Assembly (NCBI GenBank): GCA_963828165.1
Contig: CAWHDR010000001.1
Location: 2,528,001 to 2,592,000 of the forward strand
Reading direction: 5' to 3'
DNA: 64,000 bases
Source of the DNA: an uncultured Chloroflexia bacterium
GTDB taxonomy: Bacteria; Chloroflexota; Limnocylindria; Limnocylindrales; CSP1-4
The position numbers and the translations under genes are program-made. Under the pieces are notes generated by a model that was not told the origin of the DNA, searched no databases, and worked only from the letters and a program-made list of their open reading frames with translations. Shown here piece after piece: positions 30,895 to 42,130 of this stretch. Numbering within the stretch: position 1 is the first letter of the stretch; each line of letters opens with the position of its first letter.

Positions 30895-32072
30895 GCCGAC
30901 GCCCGCTCGCCCCGGGACGCGGCCACGGCCTTGGCGGCCGCCTCATCCAGCGATGCCGCCGTCTGGAAACGGGCTTCCTCGAGCAGGACGGCGGCCTCCG
31001 CGGCGTTCGTCCCCACGATCCGTACGACCATCGGGACGTCCCGGGTCTGCTGGGCGCGCGCCTCGATCAAGCCACGAGCGACCTCATCCCCGCGGGTGAT
31101 GCCGCCAAAGATGTTGACGAGGATCGCGTTGACCTTGGGGTCGGCCAGGATGAGGCGCATCGCCGCCGCGACCTTGTCCGCGCGTGCGCCACCACCGATG
31201 TCGAGAAAGTTGGCCGGTTCGCCGCCTGCCCGTTTCACGAGATCCATCGTGGCCATCGCGAGGCCCGCGCCGTTGACCATGCAGCCGATCGTCCCGTCGA
31301 GCTTGATGAACGTGAGGCCGGCCTCGCGGGCCTCCTTGTCTTCGGGTGCCTCCTCGTCGGGATCGCGCAGGTCCTCGAGGCCGGGATGCCGGTCGAGAGC
31401 GGAGTCGTCCAGCGTGATCTTCGCGTCGAGACAGACGAGTCGCTCGACCGTGGCGCCGTCAGGGCCGGCCTCACGAACGATGGCCAGCGGGTTGATCTCG
31501 ACGAGGTCGGCGTCGTATGCCTTCATCGTGGTCACGAGTCCCTTGGCGATCGCGACCGCTGCCTTCAGGTGAGCTCCGAGGCCCATCGCGAAGGCCAGCT
31601 CGCGGGCTCCGAAGTCCTGGAGTCCCAGCAGCGGGTGCGCGTGGCGCCGGATGATGGCCTCGGGGCTCGTCTCGGCCACGGCCTCGATCTCGACGCCGCC
31701 CTCGGCCGAGCCCATCATCAGGATCCCGCGCTCCGCGCGGTCGAGCACCGCCGCGAGATAGAACTCCTTGACGATGTCCGCGGCCGGCCCGACCAGGACC
31801 TTGCGCACGGTCATGCCCTTGATGTCCATCCCGATGATCTGCGACGCGACAGCCTCCGCTTCGTCCGCGGAGCCAGCGAGTTTCACGCCGCCGGCCTTTC
31901 CGCGCCCTCCGACGAGGACCTGCGCCTTGATGACGACCTTGTCCGCACCCGCGCCGAGAAACCGTTCCGCGGCCGCCCGCGCCTCGGTCGCGGTGTGGGC
32001 GACCTCCCAGGCAGGGACCGGCAGGCCCTGGGCGACGAGCAGCGTCTTGGCGTCGGCTTCGTGGAGTTTCAC
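30891..32072 (-). CDS. sucC: succinyl-CoA synthetase beta subunit
   Basis: [28 protein letters not shown] and ANFLDIGGG motifs. Confidence 0.97.
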   Translation of the reverse strand: MKLHEADAKTLLVAQGLPVPAWEVAHTATEARAAAERFLGAGADKVVIKAQVLVGGRGKAGGVKLAGSADEAEAVASQIIGMDIKGMTVRKVLVGPAADIVKEFYLAAVLDRAERGILMMGSAEGGVEIEAVAETSPEAIIRRHAHPLLGLQDFGARELAFAMGLGAHLKAAVAIAKGLVTTMKAYDADLVEINPLAIVREAGPDGATVERLVCLDAKITLDDSALDRHPGLEDLRDPDEEAPEDKEAREAGLTFIKLDGTIGCMVNGAGLAMATMDLVKRAGGEPANFLDIGGGARADKVAAAMRLILADPKVNAILVNIFGGITRGDEVARGLIEARAQQTRDVPMVVRIVGTNAAEAAVLLEEARFQTAASLDEAAAKAVAASRGERASA

Positions 32073-32233
32073 GCGCGAAGGACTCCGGTGGGTGGGTGCT
32101 GAGGGGACCGCGATGGTACCGCGTCGGACCGGCCCAACGCGTCAGCGACCGGATCTGGAACGGAATCGGGACGTCGCCTCGCCATACTGGTTGAGCGTGG
32201 CCACGTCGGCCGCGCCACCCGCCGAGGGGCGTG

Positions 32234-32791
32234 ATGCAGCGAGACCTCGTGGAGCGAGCGCGGAAGGGCGATCATGACGCCTTCGCCGAGCTGGCAGGCG
32301 CCGCGATCTCTCGTCTGGACGCGGCCGCCTGGCTCATCCTCCGCGATCCCGAACAGGCCAAGGACGCCGTGCAGAACACGCTCGTCCGCGCCTGGCGCGA
32401 CCTGCCGACGCTGCGGGATCCGGACCTCTTCGACGCCTGGGTCCACCGGATGCTCGTCCATGCCTGCATCGATGAGGCACGGCGGCTGCGGCGGCATCGC
32501 GTCGATGTCGAGCTCACGAACCTTCATGCGCCCACCGTTGCCGGCATCGAGTCGGCCGTAGCGGATCGCGACCAGCTCGAGCGCGGCTTCCTCCGTCTCG
32601 AGCCAGACGCGCGGGCGCTCGTCGTCATGCATCACTACCTCGACCTGCCGTTGCCGGAGGTCGCCACGACGCTCGGGATCCCGCTCGGAACGGCGAAGTC
32701 TCGCCTGCACCGAGCACTCCGGGTCATGCGGGCGGCGCTCGACGCCGATGCCCGCTATCGACCGGAAGCCAGGGAGGGTCGTCCCGCATGA
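32234..32791 (+). CDS. ECF RNA polymerase sigma factor
   Basis: AKDAVQ...AWRDLPTLRDP...W region 2 and LGIPLGTAKSRL region 4. Confidence 0.92.
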   Translation: MQRDLVERARKGDHDAFAELAGAAISRLDAAAWLILRDPEQAKDAVQNTLVRAWRDLPTLRDPDLFDAWVHRMLVHACIDEARRLRRHRVDVELTNLHAPTVAGIESAVADRDQLERGFLRLEPDARALVVMHHYLDLPLPEVATTLGIPLGTAKSRLHRALRVMRAALDADARYRPEAREGRPA

Positions 32792-34065
32792 CGACGAACG
32801 ACGTCTTCGGACGCAACCTCTCGACCTGGCTGCACGAGGACGCGGAGCACCACGTGCCCGACCACCTCGCGGACGTCCTGCAGCGCACCGCGGCGACCCG
32901 CCAGCGACCGGCATGGTCGAGCCTCGAAAGGTGGCTCCCCATGGATACGACACTCCGACCTCGCCCGCTCGCGCTGCCCAGTGTGGGGCGACTCCTGCTT
33001 GTGGCGGCCCTGCTGATCGTGGCCGCCCTGGCGGTCATCGCCGTCGGCTCGTGGCCATCACGACTGCCCGACCCGTTCGGGCTCGCCCGCAACGGCATGT
33101 TTGTCACGAGCCGTGACGGTGACATCTACCTCATGGATCCGGTTAGCGCGGAGACCCGGCTGATCTCGGGTGGCGACGCCTTCGATTTCTCGCCGATCTT
33201 CTCGCGCGACGGGACCCGGATGGTCTTCCTGCGCTCCGATGAGCGGCTGACCGATGACACGCCAGCCATCCTCACGATGTTCGTGGCCAACGCCGATGGC
33301 TCGGGAGCCCGCGCGCTCACGCCGCCGACCGAGAGCCTCGACTGGTTCGACTGGTCCCCGGACGGATCCCGCGTCGCCTACATTGCGACCGCGAAGCTGT
33401 GGATCGTCGACGTGGACGGTGGCGGCGCACCACGGATGCTCGAGGGTACCGGACCGGCGCACTTCCCGACGTGGCTTCCGCCCGACGGCAAAGACATCGT
33501 CTACAGGGTGGAGAGCGGGAGCCCCGGGATCTATGCGATCGCCGCCGACGGGAGCGAAAAGCGTCGCCGGCTGTCGACGACGGCCGCCAACAATCAGTTC
33601 GACTACCAGGCGATCGCCCTCTCGCCGGACGGGGCGCACGTCACCTTCACGCGCTGGTCTGCGGCCGGTCTCCCGCGGGTCTACGCGTTGGACACCGCGA
33701 CCGGTGAGGAGACGTTGTTCCCGATGTCGGCCGGAGTGGGTCAACGCGGAACGGCGATCTATTCGCCCGATGGGGCGCTCGTGGCCTATGCCCGGATCCT
33801 GGCTGGTGGGGGCTTCCAGCTCGTCGTAGCAAACGCCGACGGGTCCGGTAGCGAGCGAACGATCGGACCACGGAAGGCCGGTCCACCCGGCGGGACCGAG
33901 GTACCCGCGTCTTGGGCATTCACGCCCGACGGCAAGGCGCTGATGGTGCGCTTCGGAAACGACGCCAACGGGACCACCCACCTCCTCCCGCTCGATGGAT
34001 CGCCGGCGACGGACCTTGGCTCGGGCGAGTTCGACTTCCTCGACGCCCAGCGTCTGGCACCCTGA
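32788..34065 (+). CDS. putative anti-sigma factor with TM helix and TolB/PD40 beta-propeller
   Basis: Short cytoplasmic N-terminus (TRQRPAW), one TM helix, repeated (W/F)SPDG units; coupled to the ECF gene. Confidence 0.78.
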   Translation: MTTNDVFGRNLSTWLHEDAEHHVPDHLADVLQRTAATRQRPAWSSLERWLPMDTTLRPRPLALPSVGRLLLVAALLIVAALAVIAVGSWPSRLPDPFGLARNGMFVTSRDGDIYLMDPVSAETRLISGGDAFDFSPIFSRDGTRMVFLRSDERLTDDTPAILTMFVANADGSGARALTPPTESLDWFDWSPDGSRVAYIATAKLWIVDVDGGGAPRMLEGTGPAHFPTWLPPDGKDIVYRVESGSPGIYAIAADGSEKRRRLSTTAANNQFDYQAIALSPDGAHVTFTRWSAAGLPRVYALDTATGEETLFPMSAGVGQRGTAIYSPDGALVAYARILAGGGFQLVVANADGSGSERTIGPRKAGPPGGTEVPASWAFTPDGKALMVRFGNDANGTTHLLPLDGSPATDLGSGEFDFLDAQRLAP

Positions 34066-34143
34066 CGAGCCGCTCCTGCACACCGGCCGGCCGCCCGACC
34101 AGGCGGCCGGCCGTGTCACGCCCGCCGCCGCTACAATCGGGCC

Positions 34144-35166
34144 ATGGCCCACCGTGTGACCCTCATCCCCGGCGACGGCATCGGTCCGGAGCTGGCGGAG
34201 GCGACCTGCCGCGTCCTCGATGCGACCGGCATCGGCTTCGAGTGGGAGCCCGTCGTGGCCGGGGAAGCCGCGATCGCCGAGCACGGTACGCCGCTCCCCG
34301 ACGGGGTCCTGGAGTCGGTCAAGCGCAACAAGGTCGCGCTGAAGGGTCCCATCACGACCCCGGTCGGTGGTGGCTTTCGCAGCGTCAACGTAGGGCTCCG
34401 CCAGGCGCTGAACCTGTACGCCAACCTGCGACCGGCCCGCTCGATGCAAGGGGTGGAGAGCCGCTTCCAGGATGTCGATCTCGTCATCGTCCGCGAGAAC
34501 ACCGAGGACCTGTACGCCGGGATCGAGCACATGGTCGGCCCCGATGCCGCGGAGAGCATCAAGATCATCACGCGGGCCGCGTCTGAGCGGATCGCTCGCT
34601 TCGCGTTCGACTACGCGGTCGCCAACGGCCGGCGCAAGGTCACGGCCGTGCACAAGGCCAACATCATGAAGCTGTCCGACGGGCTGTTCCTCGAGAGCTG
34701 CCGGACGGTCGCCGCCGATTACGACGGCAAGGTCGAGTTCGAGGACCGCATCGTCGACAACATGTGCATGCAGCTCGTCCAGAAGCCGGAGCTGTACGAC
34801 GTGCTCGTGCTGCCTAACCTGTACGGCGACATCGTCAGCGACCTTGCGGCGGGGCTGGTCGGCGGGTTGGGGGTGGCGCCGGGTGCCAACATCGGCACCG
34901 AGGCGGCGGTCTTCGAGCCGGTCCACGGCTCGGCACCCAAGTACGCAGGCCTGGACAAGGCCAATCCGACCGCGCTGATCCTGTCGGGCGCCCTCATGCT
35001 CCGCCACCTCGGCTACCCGGACGCCGCGGATGGGGTGGAGACGGCCGTCCGCGCCGTGATCGCCGAAGGGAAGGCCACGACCTCCGACCTGGGCGGGTCG
35101 GCCGGCACGGCCGCCTTCGCGGACGCCGTCATCGAGCGACTGGCCGGCGTGAGCGCAGCCCGATGA
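34144..35166 (+). CDS. isocitrate/isopropylmalate dehydrogenase family protein (probably NAD-dependent Icd)
   Basis: [30 protein letters not shown] and EPVHGSAP motifs; TCA-cycle context. Confidence 0.88.
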   Translation: MAHRVTLIPGDGIGPELAEATCRVLDATGIGFEWEPVVAGEAAIAEHGTPLPDGVLESVKRNKVALKGPITTPVGGGFRSVNVGLRQALNLYANLRPARSMQGVESRFQDVDLVIVRENTEDLYAGIEHMVGPDAAESIKIITRAASERIARFAFDYAVANGRRKVTAVHKANIMKLSDGLFLESCRTVAADYDGKVEFEDRIVDNMCMQLVQKPELYDVLVLPNLYGDIVSDLAAGLVGGLGVAPGANIGTEAAVFEPVHGSAPKYAGLDKANPTALILSGALMLRHLGYPDAADGVETAVRAVIAEGKATTSDLGGSAGTAAFADAVIERLAGVSAAR

Positions 35167-35978
35167 CCGGGCTGCCGGCAAGCCTCCGCGCCCCGCACAA
35201 GCCCCGCGGGACCGCATCGAACGGTCTGGGCGCCACGAAGCGGCGCGACCGCTGGTGGGTCACCCCGACCGTCCAGGGCACGCTGTTCACGGTCTGTGCG
35301 ACGTACCTGTTCATCAGCGGCATCCTGCTGACTCCGTTGTTCGGGACGCCGTACCTGACCGAGTCCGGGCTGCTCTCGCCGCTGTTCTCGCCACTGATCG
35401 CCCCGGACTGGTTGCCGACGTGGATCAGCCCGGGGCTCTTCATCCTGTGGGTCCCGCTCGGCTTCCGGGCGACCTGCTACTACTACCGCAAGGCCTACTA
35501 CCGCTTCTACTTCGCCGATCCGCCGGGCTGCGCGGTGGGGGAGCCCAGGGTTCACGACCGCTACTCCATGGAGACGGCGTTCCCGTTCATCCTGCAGAAC
35601 CTGCATCGCTACTTCCTCTATCTCGCGTTCATCCCGCTCTTCTTCCTGTGGCTCGATGCCGGCCTCGCCGTCGTCCACGGGGGCGGGATCACGATCGGCC
35701 TCGGCATCGCGATCCTGTTCGTCAATGCGGCGCTGCTGACCGGCTACTCGCTGTCGTGCCATTCCCTGCGGCACCTCGTCGGCGGGCGGATGGACTGCTT
35801 CTCCTGCTCCCGCCGGGCGAAGGTCCGGTACTCGCTATGGAAGCGGCTGACATCCCTGAACCTGCGCCACATGGAGTGGGCGTGGGCAAGCCTCATCTCG
35901 GTCACGCTTGCTGACGTGTATGTGCGACTGGCCGCGACCGGCGCGATCGTCGATCCCACGATCGTCATCCGTCCCTAG
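35163..35978 (+). CDS. succinate dehydrogenase membrane anchor, mycobacterial Sdh1 (Rv0249c-like) type
   Basis: [29 protein letters not shown] and DCFSC motifs. Confidence 0.85.
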   Translation: MTGLPASLRAPHKPRGTASNGLGATKRRDRWWVTPTVQGTLFTVCATYLFISGILLTPLFGTPYLTESGLLSPLFSPLIAPDWLPTWISPGLFILWVPLGFRATCYYYRKAYYRFYFADPPGCAVGEPRVHDRYSMETAFPFILQNLHRYFLYLAFIPLFFLWLDAGLAVVHGGGITIGLGIAILFVNAALLTGYSLSCHSLRHLVGGRMDCFSCSRRAKVRYSLWKRLTSLNLRHMEWAWASLISVTLADVYVRLAATGAIVDPTIVIRP

Positions 35979-35996
35979 GCGCGCGCGACGACCCCG

Positions 35997-37820
35997 ATGA
36001 TCGAACCGACCCGTCCCCAGACACGCCCGCACGACGTCGTCGTCATCGGCGCGGGAGGCGCAGGGTTGCGGGCGGCCATCGCGGCCCGGGACGCCGGCGC
36101 CGATGTCGGTCTCGTCTGCAAGTCGCTGCTCGGCAAGGCCCACACGGTGATGGCGGAGGGCGGCGTGGCCGCCGCCCTGGCGCACGTCGCCCCGACCGAC
36201 TCGTGGCAGGTCCACTTCCGCGACACGATGGTCGGCGGCAAACAGTTGAACCATCCGCGCATGGCCCAGCTGCACGCGCAGGAAGCCCCCGACCGCGTCC
36301 GCGAGCTGGAGTACTGGGGCGCGGTCTTCGACCGGACCGCCGACGGCCGGATCCTCCAGCGGCCGTTCGGAGGGCACTCCCATCCGCGCCTCGCCCACGT
36401 CGGCGACCGGACCGGCCTCGAGATGATCCGGACCCTGCAGGACCGCGCGGTCGCGGCCGGCATCGAGGTGTACATGGAGTGCACCATCACCCGGCTGATC
36501 ACGGGCCCGACCGGCGTGACGGGGGCCTTCGGTTACTGGCGGACGACGGGGCGACCGATCGTCTTCCCGGCCAAGGCTGTGGTGCTCGCCACCGGTGGCG
36601 TCGGCAAGGCCTACGAGGTCACCTCCAACTCGTGGGAGTACAGCGGCGACGGCGACGCGATGGCCTACGCCGCCGGGGCCGAGCTCATCGACATGGAGTT
36701 CGTCCAGTTCCATCCGACCGGGATGGTCTGGCCCCCGGGCGTCCGCGGACTGCTCGTCACGGAGGCGGTCCGCGGAGAGGGCGGGATCCTGCGCAATGCC
36801 GAGGGCGAGCGGTTCATGTGGCGCTACCTGCCCGAGGAGCGCCGTCACGAATATGCCGCGACGGACGAGGAGGCCACCCGCTGGGTAACGGCGCTGTCCC
36901 AGGGCCGTGAGACCGACGCTCGACGGCCGCCGGAGCTCTCGACCCGGGACAACGTCTCGCGCGCGATCTACACCGAAGTCAAGGAGGGTCGCGGCACCCC
37001 GCACGGCGGCGTGTACCTCGACATCAGCTACCTGCCGCCGGACCACGTCCGCCGCAAGCTGCCCTCGATGTACGAGCAGTTCAAGGAACTGGCGGACGTC
37101 GATATCACCAAGGGTCCGATGGAGGTCGGACCGACGACCCACTACGTGATGGGCGGCGTCCGGGTCGAACCGGACACCGGCGCGACGACCGTCGCGGGCC
37201 TCTTCGCGGCGGGGGAGGTGTCGGGCGGCATGCACGGCGCGAACCGCCTGGGCGGCAACTCGCTTTCGGACCTCCTCGTCTTCGGTGCCCGGGCGGGTGT
37301 CGGAGCGGCGGCCCTCGCCGCGACCCGCGACGGTGAGTCGCATCTGGACCCCGTCCAGGTCCAGGCCGCGGCCCGTGACCTCGAGGCGCCGCTCGAGCGA
37401 ACCGAAGGCGAGGATCCGTACGCGCTCCAGCGTGACCTGCAGACGATGATGCAGCGCCTGGTCGGCATCTTCCGGACCGAAGACGATCTGAAGGAGGCCG
37501 TCCGCGAGCTCGGTGCGTTGCGGAGTCGCTGGGCCGCGGTCCGCGTCACGGGTGGTCGCGCCTTCAACCCCGGCTGGGACCTCGTGTTCGAGCTGGGAAA
37601 CCTGCTGACGGTGTCCGAGGCGATCACCCGCAGCGCGCTGCAGCGCAGGGAGAGTCGGGGCGCGCATAGCCGGCTCGATTACCCTGAACTCGACGACGCG
37701 ACATGGGGTCGCCTCAACAGCGTCGTCGCCAAGGCTCCCGACGGCACGATGCGCGTCGACACCAGCCCGATCCCGACGATGCCCGACGAGCTGCGCGGCC
37801 TGCTCGCCGGCGACCACTGA
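35997..37820 (+). CDS. sdhA: succinate dehydrogenase/fumarate reductase flavoprotein
   Basis: GAGGAG, KAHTVMAEGG, QFHPTG, HGANRLGGNSL and ESRGAH motifs. Confidence 0.95.
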   Translation: MIEPTRPQTRPHDVVVIGAGGAGLRAAIAARDAGADVGLVCKSLLGKAHTVMAEGGVAAALAHVAPTDSWQVHFRDTMVGGKQLNHPRMAQLHAQEAPDRVRELEYWGAVFDRTADGRILQRPFGGHSHPRLAHVGDRTGLEMIRTLQDRAVAAGIEVYMECTITRLITGPTGVTGAFGYWRTTGRPIVFPAKAVVLATGGVGKAYEVTSNSWEYSGDGDAMAYAAGAELIDMEFVQFHPTGMVWPPGVRGLLVTEAVRGEGGILRNAEGERFMWRYLPEERRHEYAATDEEATRWVTALSQGRETDARRPPELSTRDNVSRAIYTEVKEGRGTPHGGVYLDISYLPPDHVRRKLPSMYEQFKELADVDITKGPMEVGPTTHYVMGGVRVEPDTGATTVAGLFAAGEVSGGMHGANRLGGNSLSDLLVFGARAGVGAAALAATRDGESHLDPVQVQAAARDLEAPLERTEGEDPYALQRDLQTMMQRLVGIFRTEDDLKEAVRELGALRSRWAAVRVTGGRAFNPGWDLVFELGNLLTVSEAITRSALQRRESRGAHSRLDYPELDDATWGRLNSVVAKAPDGTMRVDTSPIPTMPDELRGLLAGDH

Positions 37821-37834
37821 CGACGGAGGCACGA

Positions 37835-38659
37835 ATGCCGGACGCACATCTCCGGGTCTTCCGCGGCAGTCCCGGGCAGGACAGCCACTTCGACGAGTTC
37901 GACGTGCCGGTCGAGGAGGGGATGGTCGTCCTCGACGCCCTCCACTGGATCCAGGGGCACGAGGCACCCGACCTTGCCGTGCGCTGGAACTGCAAGGCCG
38001 CCAAGTGCGGATCGTGCAGCGCCGAAGTCGACGGCCGGCCGTCACTGACCTGCAAGACCCGCCTGTCCGATTTCGATCTCGACGAGCCGATCACGGTCGA
38101 GCCGATGCGGGCGTTCCCGCTGATCAAGGATCTCGTGACGGACGTCTCGTGGAACTACGAGGTCAACAAGACGATCCAGCCGTTCACGCCACCCGACGAC
38201 GTTCCGCAGGAGGACTGGCGCTGGCAGCAGGACGACATCAACCGCGTCCAGGAATACCGCAAGTGCATCGAGTGCTTCCTGTGCCAGGACGTCTGCCATG
38301 TCCTGCGCAACCACGAGACCGACAAGCCGTTCATGGGCCCGCGCTACCTGGTCCGGGCGGCGGGTCTGGAGATGCACCCGATCGATCAGGCCGACCGCCG
38401 CGACTACCTCAAGGACAGCGGGGGGATCGGCTACTGCAACATCACCAAGTGCTGCACCGAGGTCTGCCCGGAGCACATCAAGATCACCGACAACGCCATC
38501 ATCCCGCTCAAGGAACGCGTCGCCGACGCCCACTACGACCCGTTGCAATGGGCCTGGCGGAAGCTCCGCGGCGGAGACGAAGAGCCCCGCTCGCGTGTCG
38601 AGCTGCCGGTCCTCCAGGCAGGCGAGCGTCCGCCGGACCGGGACCCGGCCCCGGAGTGA
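37835..38659 (+). CDS. sdhB: succinate dehydrogenase iron-sulfur subunit
   Basis: CKAAKCGSC, CIECFLCQDVC and CNITKCCTEVCP motifs. Confidence 0.95.
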   Translation: MPDAHLRVFRGSPGQDSHFDEFDVPVEEGMVVLDALHWIQGHEAPDLAVRWNCKAAKCGSCSAEVDGRPSLTCKTRLSDFDLDEPITVEPMRAFPLIKDLVTDVSWNYEVNKTIQPFTPPDDVPQEDWRWQQDDINRVQEYRKCIECFLCQDVCHVLRNHETDKPFMGPRYLVRAAGLEMHPIDQADRRDYLKDSGGIGYCNITKCCTEVCPEHIKITDNAIIPLKERVADAHYDPLQWAWRKLRGGDEEPRSRVELPVLQAGERPPDRDPAPE

Positions 38660-39186
38660 CGGAGCCGATGTTCCCGGAGCCGCCGGCGAGCTCCGAGGAA
38701 CCCGGGTCGGTCGCGGCACGAGCCTCGGCGTTCCTGATCCGGACGGACGGCGCGGCCCGCGGCAACCCCGGACCGGCGTCGGCCGGCGCCGCGCTGTACG
38801 ACCTGCGCCGAGGCGATGCGCGTGACCCTCGAGCCGCCCCCGACGCGTCGATCTCCGATTACCTCGGGGTCCAGACCAACAACGTCGCGGAGTACACCGG
38901 GGTCGTGCGCGCGCTCGAGCTCGCGACCGAGCTCGGGGCGTCCGAGGTGCACCTGCTGCTCGATTCCAAGCTGATCGTGGAGCAGCTCGCCGGTCGGTGG
39001 CGGGTGAAGGACGCGAAGCTGATCCCGCTCTGGGCGCGCGCCCGTCAGACGCTCGGGGGATTCACGCGATGGTCGGCGGCCCACGTGCCGCGCGCCCAGA
39101 ACAGCGTCGCGGACGCGCTCGCGAACGAGGCGATCGACCGGGCGCACGCTGGCGGTCCGGCCTCGGTCACGCGCAGACCCAGCTGA
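38656..39186 (+). CDS. rnhA: ribonuclease HI family protein
   Basis: TDGAARGNPGP, TNNVAEY, DSKLIVEQ and HVPRAQNSVADALAN motifs. Confidence 0.88.
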   Translation: MTEPMFPEPPASSEEPGSVAARASAFLIRTDGAARGNPGPASAGAALYDLRRGDARDPRAAPDASISDYLGVQTNNVAEYTGVVRALELATELGASEVHLLLDSKLIVEQLAGRWRVKDAKLIPLWARARQTLGGFTRWSAAHVPRAQNSVADALANEAIDRAHAGGPASVTRRPS

Positions 39187-39419
39187 GCCGCACTGCCCGC
39201 GTGACGCGCGGGCACGTCGGTCCATGCGTGTGCATGAAGCGCTCCTATCGTCGAACGAACTCGTCGATCACGCCGTCAGGAGCCGCCTCAGCCGATGTTC
39301 GTGCGCTCGGCGCACGCCATGGGGAGCGGATGGTCGCCGGCTCGACGATAGCCCCATGGGATGCACACCAACGCCGGGTGGTCGGAGGGTCCGGCGCACG
39401 ATCCGGGGTAGACTCAGGC

Positions 39420-39801
39420 GTCAGCGAGGCGGTCGGATGGTCGCGCGGCACGTCGGAGCGATCCGGTGTCTGCCGTGAGGAAAGTCCGAGCTCCCCAGCG
39501 CAGGGTGGCGGGTAACGCCCGTCCGTCGTGAGACGAGGACCAGTGCCACAGTGACGATGCCGCCGACCGGCTTTCGGGTCGGCCGGCGGAGTGAAACGCG
39601 GCAAACTCCACCCGGAGCAAGGCCGAATAGGAGGGCGCAACCCGTGCCGGGCAACCGGTTCGGGGGAGAGGTGCGCTGCCCAGCCCTCGGGTAGGCCGCA
39701 AGAGCCGCCGGGTGACCGGCGGCCTTAGATGGATGGCCATCCCCGACGTGCGCTTCGGCGCGCGATGGGACAGAACTCGGCTTACAGACCGCCTCGCTGA
39801 C
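39420..39801 (+). ncRNA. rnpB: RNase P RNA (type A)
   Basis: GAGGAAAGTCCGAGCT, AGTGCCACAG and ACAGAACTCGGCTTAC conserved segments. Terminal stem GTCAGCGAGGCGGTC/GACCGCCTCGCTGAC; -10 TAGACT upstream. Confidence 0.97.
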
Positions 39802-39897
39802 ACGATCGCCGAAACCCCGGGCGGATGGCGTCGGGGACCGCCAAATCGGACCTCGGTAACCGCATGCATCAGCACCCGGTTACGGGTGGCTGGGCCC

Positions 39898-40140
39898 TCA
39901 GTCCTCGTCGGGCCGGAAGATGTGCGGCGCGATGCAGGAGTTGCAGATCGGCGTGGCCGAGTCCAGGTCGCCCAGCGGGATCGGGTACTTGCGGTCCGGG
40001 AAGAGGCATTCCACGTCGTAGACGCGCTCGGAGGCGACCTCGACATCGATCAAGCGGCGGAACGTGCAGCGCTTGATCCGGTGCGGCGCCAGACGGAGCG
40101 GGTCCGGCGGTGGCGAGATGACGGGTAGCGGCAGGGCCAT
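39898..40140 (-). CDS. small protein with four Cys (C...C...CxxC), 80 aa
   Basis: Coding-like GC3; RCTFRR, ECLFP and ICNSC segments. Confidence 0.65.
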   Translation of the reverse strand: MALPLPVISPPPDPLRLAPHRIKRCTFRRLIDVEVASERVYDVECLFPDRKYPIPLGDLDSATPICNSCIAPHIFRPDED

Positions 40141-40291
40141 GATGATGGGCGTCCGAAGCCTCGTGACGGGGGTCGAACGGGTGGTCCGATCGACTCAGGC
40201 GCCGGACAGTAGCACCGCCATATGTGTCACGGCAAGGCGCGAAAGGTACTAGACTCCGCGCCGTTCGACCCGTCCAGCAGTGGGAGATTGT

Positions 40292-41390
40292 GTGGCTGAC
40301 GACCCCGGGAGCCAGTCAGCTCCGCGTCCGAGACGACGTCGACGGCCTGGACTGGCCGGTGCATTCGACCTGTCGCCGGACGGTGCGACCGAGCCTGAGG
40401 AGCCGGTCCAGCCCGATCCGGACAAGGGTTTCGTCGACCAAACGCGGCTTCCCACGTTCGTCCACACGCCCCAGGAGGCCAACTCCGGAGCGGACGACAA
40501 CATCCTCCAGCCGAGCCTCATCGTGCCGCACGTCGTCGCAGCGGGAGACCGTCCGTCGCCGAGCCCAGGGGATCGCGGTTGGCTGCCCATGCTCGATGGT
40601 CGCTCCGACGACCCGGAGGTCTGTCCGTTCCTGCGGGCGGTGGATGACACCGACCGGATGGTAGCGCCGGTCGAGGCGCCGGACCCGGCCAACCGATGCG
40701 CGGCCCTGCGCGATCCGGTGCCTCAATCGTTGCGACAACAGGAGCTGGTGTGCCTCGCCTCGGGCCACGTCAGTTGTCCACGCTACCTCCGTGGCGCCGT
40801 GGTGATGGCCGAGGCACCCGCAGCCGCGGTCCGGCCCGGGCGCTCGGTGAGCCCGGCCGTGCTGGGTTCCGTCCTCGTTCTGGTCATGGCCGCGACCGCG
40901 TCGTTGGCGTTCGTCATGGTGCGCGGCGGGTTAGAGCTCGCCGTCGCGGCGCCCACACGGTCGCCGGGTGCATCGGCGGGCGCCGTGGCGCAGGCCTCTC
41001 TTCCCCGGTCTCGTCGGCCGCCCCGACCCCGGCACCGACGGCGACATCGTCGCTGGCTCCAGCGCCAACGCCAACGCCATCGCCCTCACCTTCGCCCACG
41101 CCCACGCCCACGCCCACGTCCCGACCCCGACGCCGAGCCCGACGCCCACACCACGCCCGACGCCCACGCCCACGGCCCGGCCGGCCCCGACCTCCGACCG
41201 GTACGCGCTGCTGCGGCCGTGTCCCGGCACGTCACGCTGCTGGATCTACCGCGTACGGGCCGGCGACAACATCTACAGCATCGCGAACTACTTCGGCGTG
41301 ACGCAGGCGAGCATCTACGACCGCAACCCGTTCGTCCGCAACGGCCTCCGTCCGGGCCAGGACCTGCGCCTCCCGCCGCCGACGCGCTAG
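40292..41390 (+). CDS. membrane-anchored LysM protein with a Cys/His cytoplasmic domain (two apparent frameshifts near 41000 and 41118)
   Basis: CPFL...NRC...VCLASGHVSCPRY, TM helix, Pro/Thr linker and LysM YRVRAGDNIYSIANYFGV...LRPGQDLRLP, spread over three frames. Confidence 0.78.
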
Positions 41391-41512
41391 CCCCGCGCGT
41401 CGAACCACTGCTGATCGCCCGCGCCGAATAGCGCGCGTCCCGATCTGGTGCTCGCGGCACCGGTTCGTGCCTGCGATCGGCTACATCGGTTTCCCCGGTG
41501 CTTTTTTGTGGA

Positions 41513-41576
41513 TTGACGTGGCGGCTCAGGGCGCTACTATGCAGGGAAGTGGTCCAAAGTGGTGGGAAGTGGGGAA
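41513..41576 (+). promoter_or_regulatory. dcw promoter with MraZ-binding direct repeats
   Basis: TTGACG-N16-TACTAT, followed by AAGTGG three times at 10-bp spacing (41547, 41557, 41567). Confidence 0.85.
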
Positions 41577-41640
41577 CACCTAGGCACTCGAACCCCAGAC
41601 CTACAGGACCAGGCCCTGGTAGACCAAGGAGCCCGTACGG

Positions 41641-42069
41641 GTGTTCACCGGCGAGTACCGGCACACGGTGGACGACAAGGGACGGATCGCCGTCCCTGCG
41701 AAGTTCCGCGTCCAGCTGGGCGCGGGCGCGGTCGTCTCGCGATGGCTTGACGCGTGTCTGGCCATCCATACCCAGGCCGGCTGGGACGAGCTCGCGGCGA
41801 AGGTCGCGGCGCTGCCCATCACGAGTGAAGCCTCCCGTCGGTTCCAGCAATTCGTGTTCGCCAACGCGGCGGAAGTCGAACTCGACCGGCAGGGGCGGGT
41901 CCTGCTGCCGGCGTATCTGCGAGACCACATCGGCCTCACCAACGAGGCGGTCGTCGTGGGCTCACGCGATCACGCGGAGATCTGGCTCCCGGCCACGTGG
42001 GCGACCTACGGCCAGGACCTTGACGACCCCCAGGAGCTGGCCCAGGCCTTCGAAGGGCTTGGCATCTAG
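41641..42069 (+). CDS. mraZ: division/cell wall cluster repressor MraZ
   Basis: MFTGEYRHTVDDKGRIAVP, DRQGRVLLP and HAEIW motifs. Confidence 0.96.
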   Translation: MFTGEYRHTVDDKGRIAVPAKFRVQLGAGAVVSRWLDACLAIHTQAGWDELAAKVAALPITSEASRRFQQFVFANAAEVELDRQGRVLLPAYLRDHIGLTNEAVVVGSRDHAEIWLPATWATYGQDLDDPQELAQAFEGLGI

Positions 42070-42130
42070 CTCGCACGACATGCGCTTCCAGGGTCCGCTC
42101 GGGATCCGATCGGCGATAGGTGGAGGAAAG

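Noticed and set aside
31797-31812. GACCTTGCGCACGGTC near-palindrome in sucC
   Set aside because: Five mismatches to the candidate parS consensus; probably chance.
39190-39400. Possible gene remnant between rnhA and rnpB
   Set aside because: Frames are interrupted and unrecognisable. Only a GC hairpin and the rnpB promoter can be supported.
41060-41175. CCCACG/CCGACG short tandem repeats
   Set aside because: They encode the Pro/Thr linker of the LysM protein. There are no spacers, so this is not a CRISPR array.
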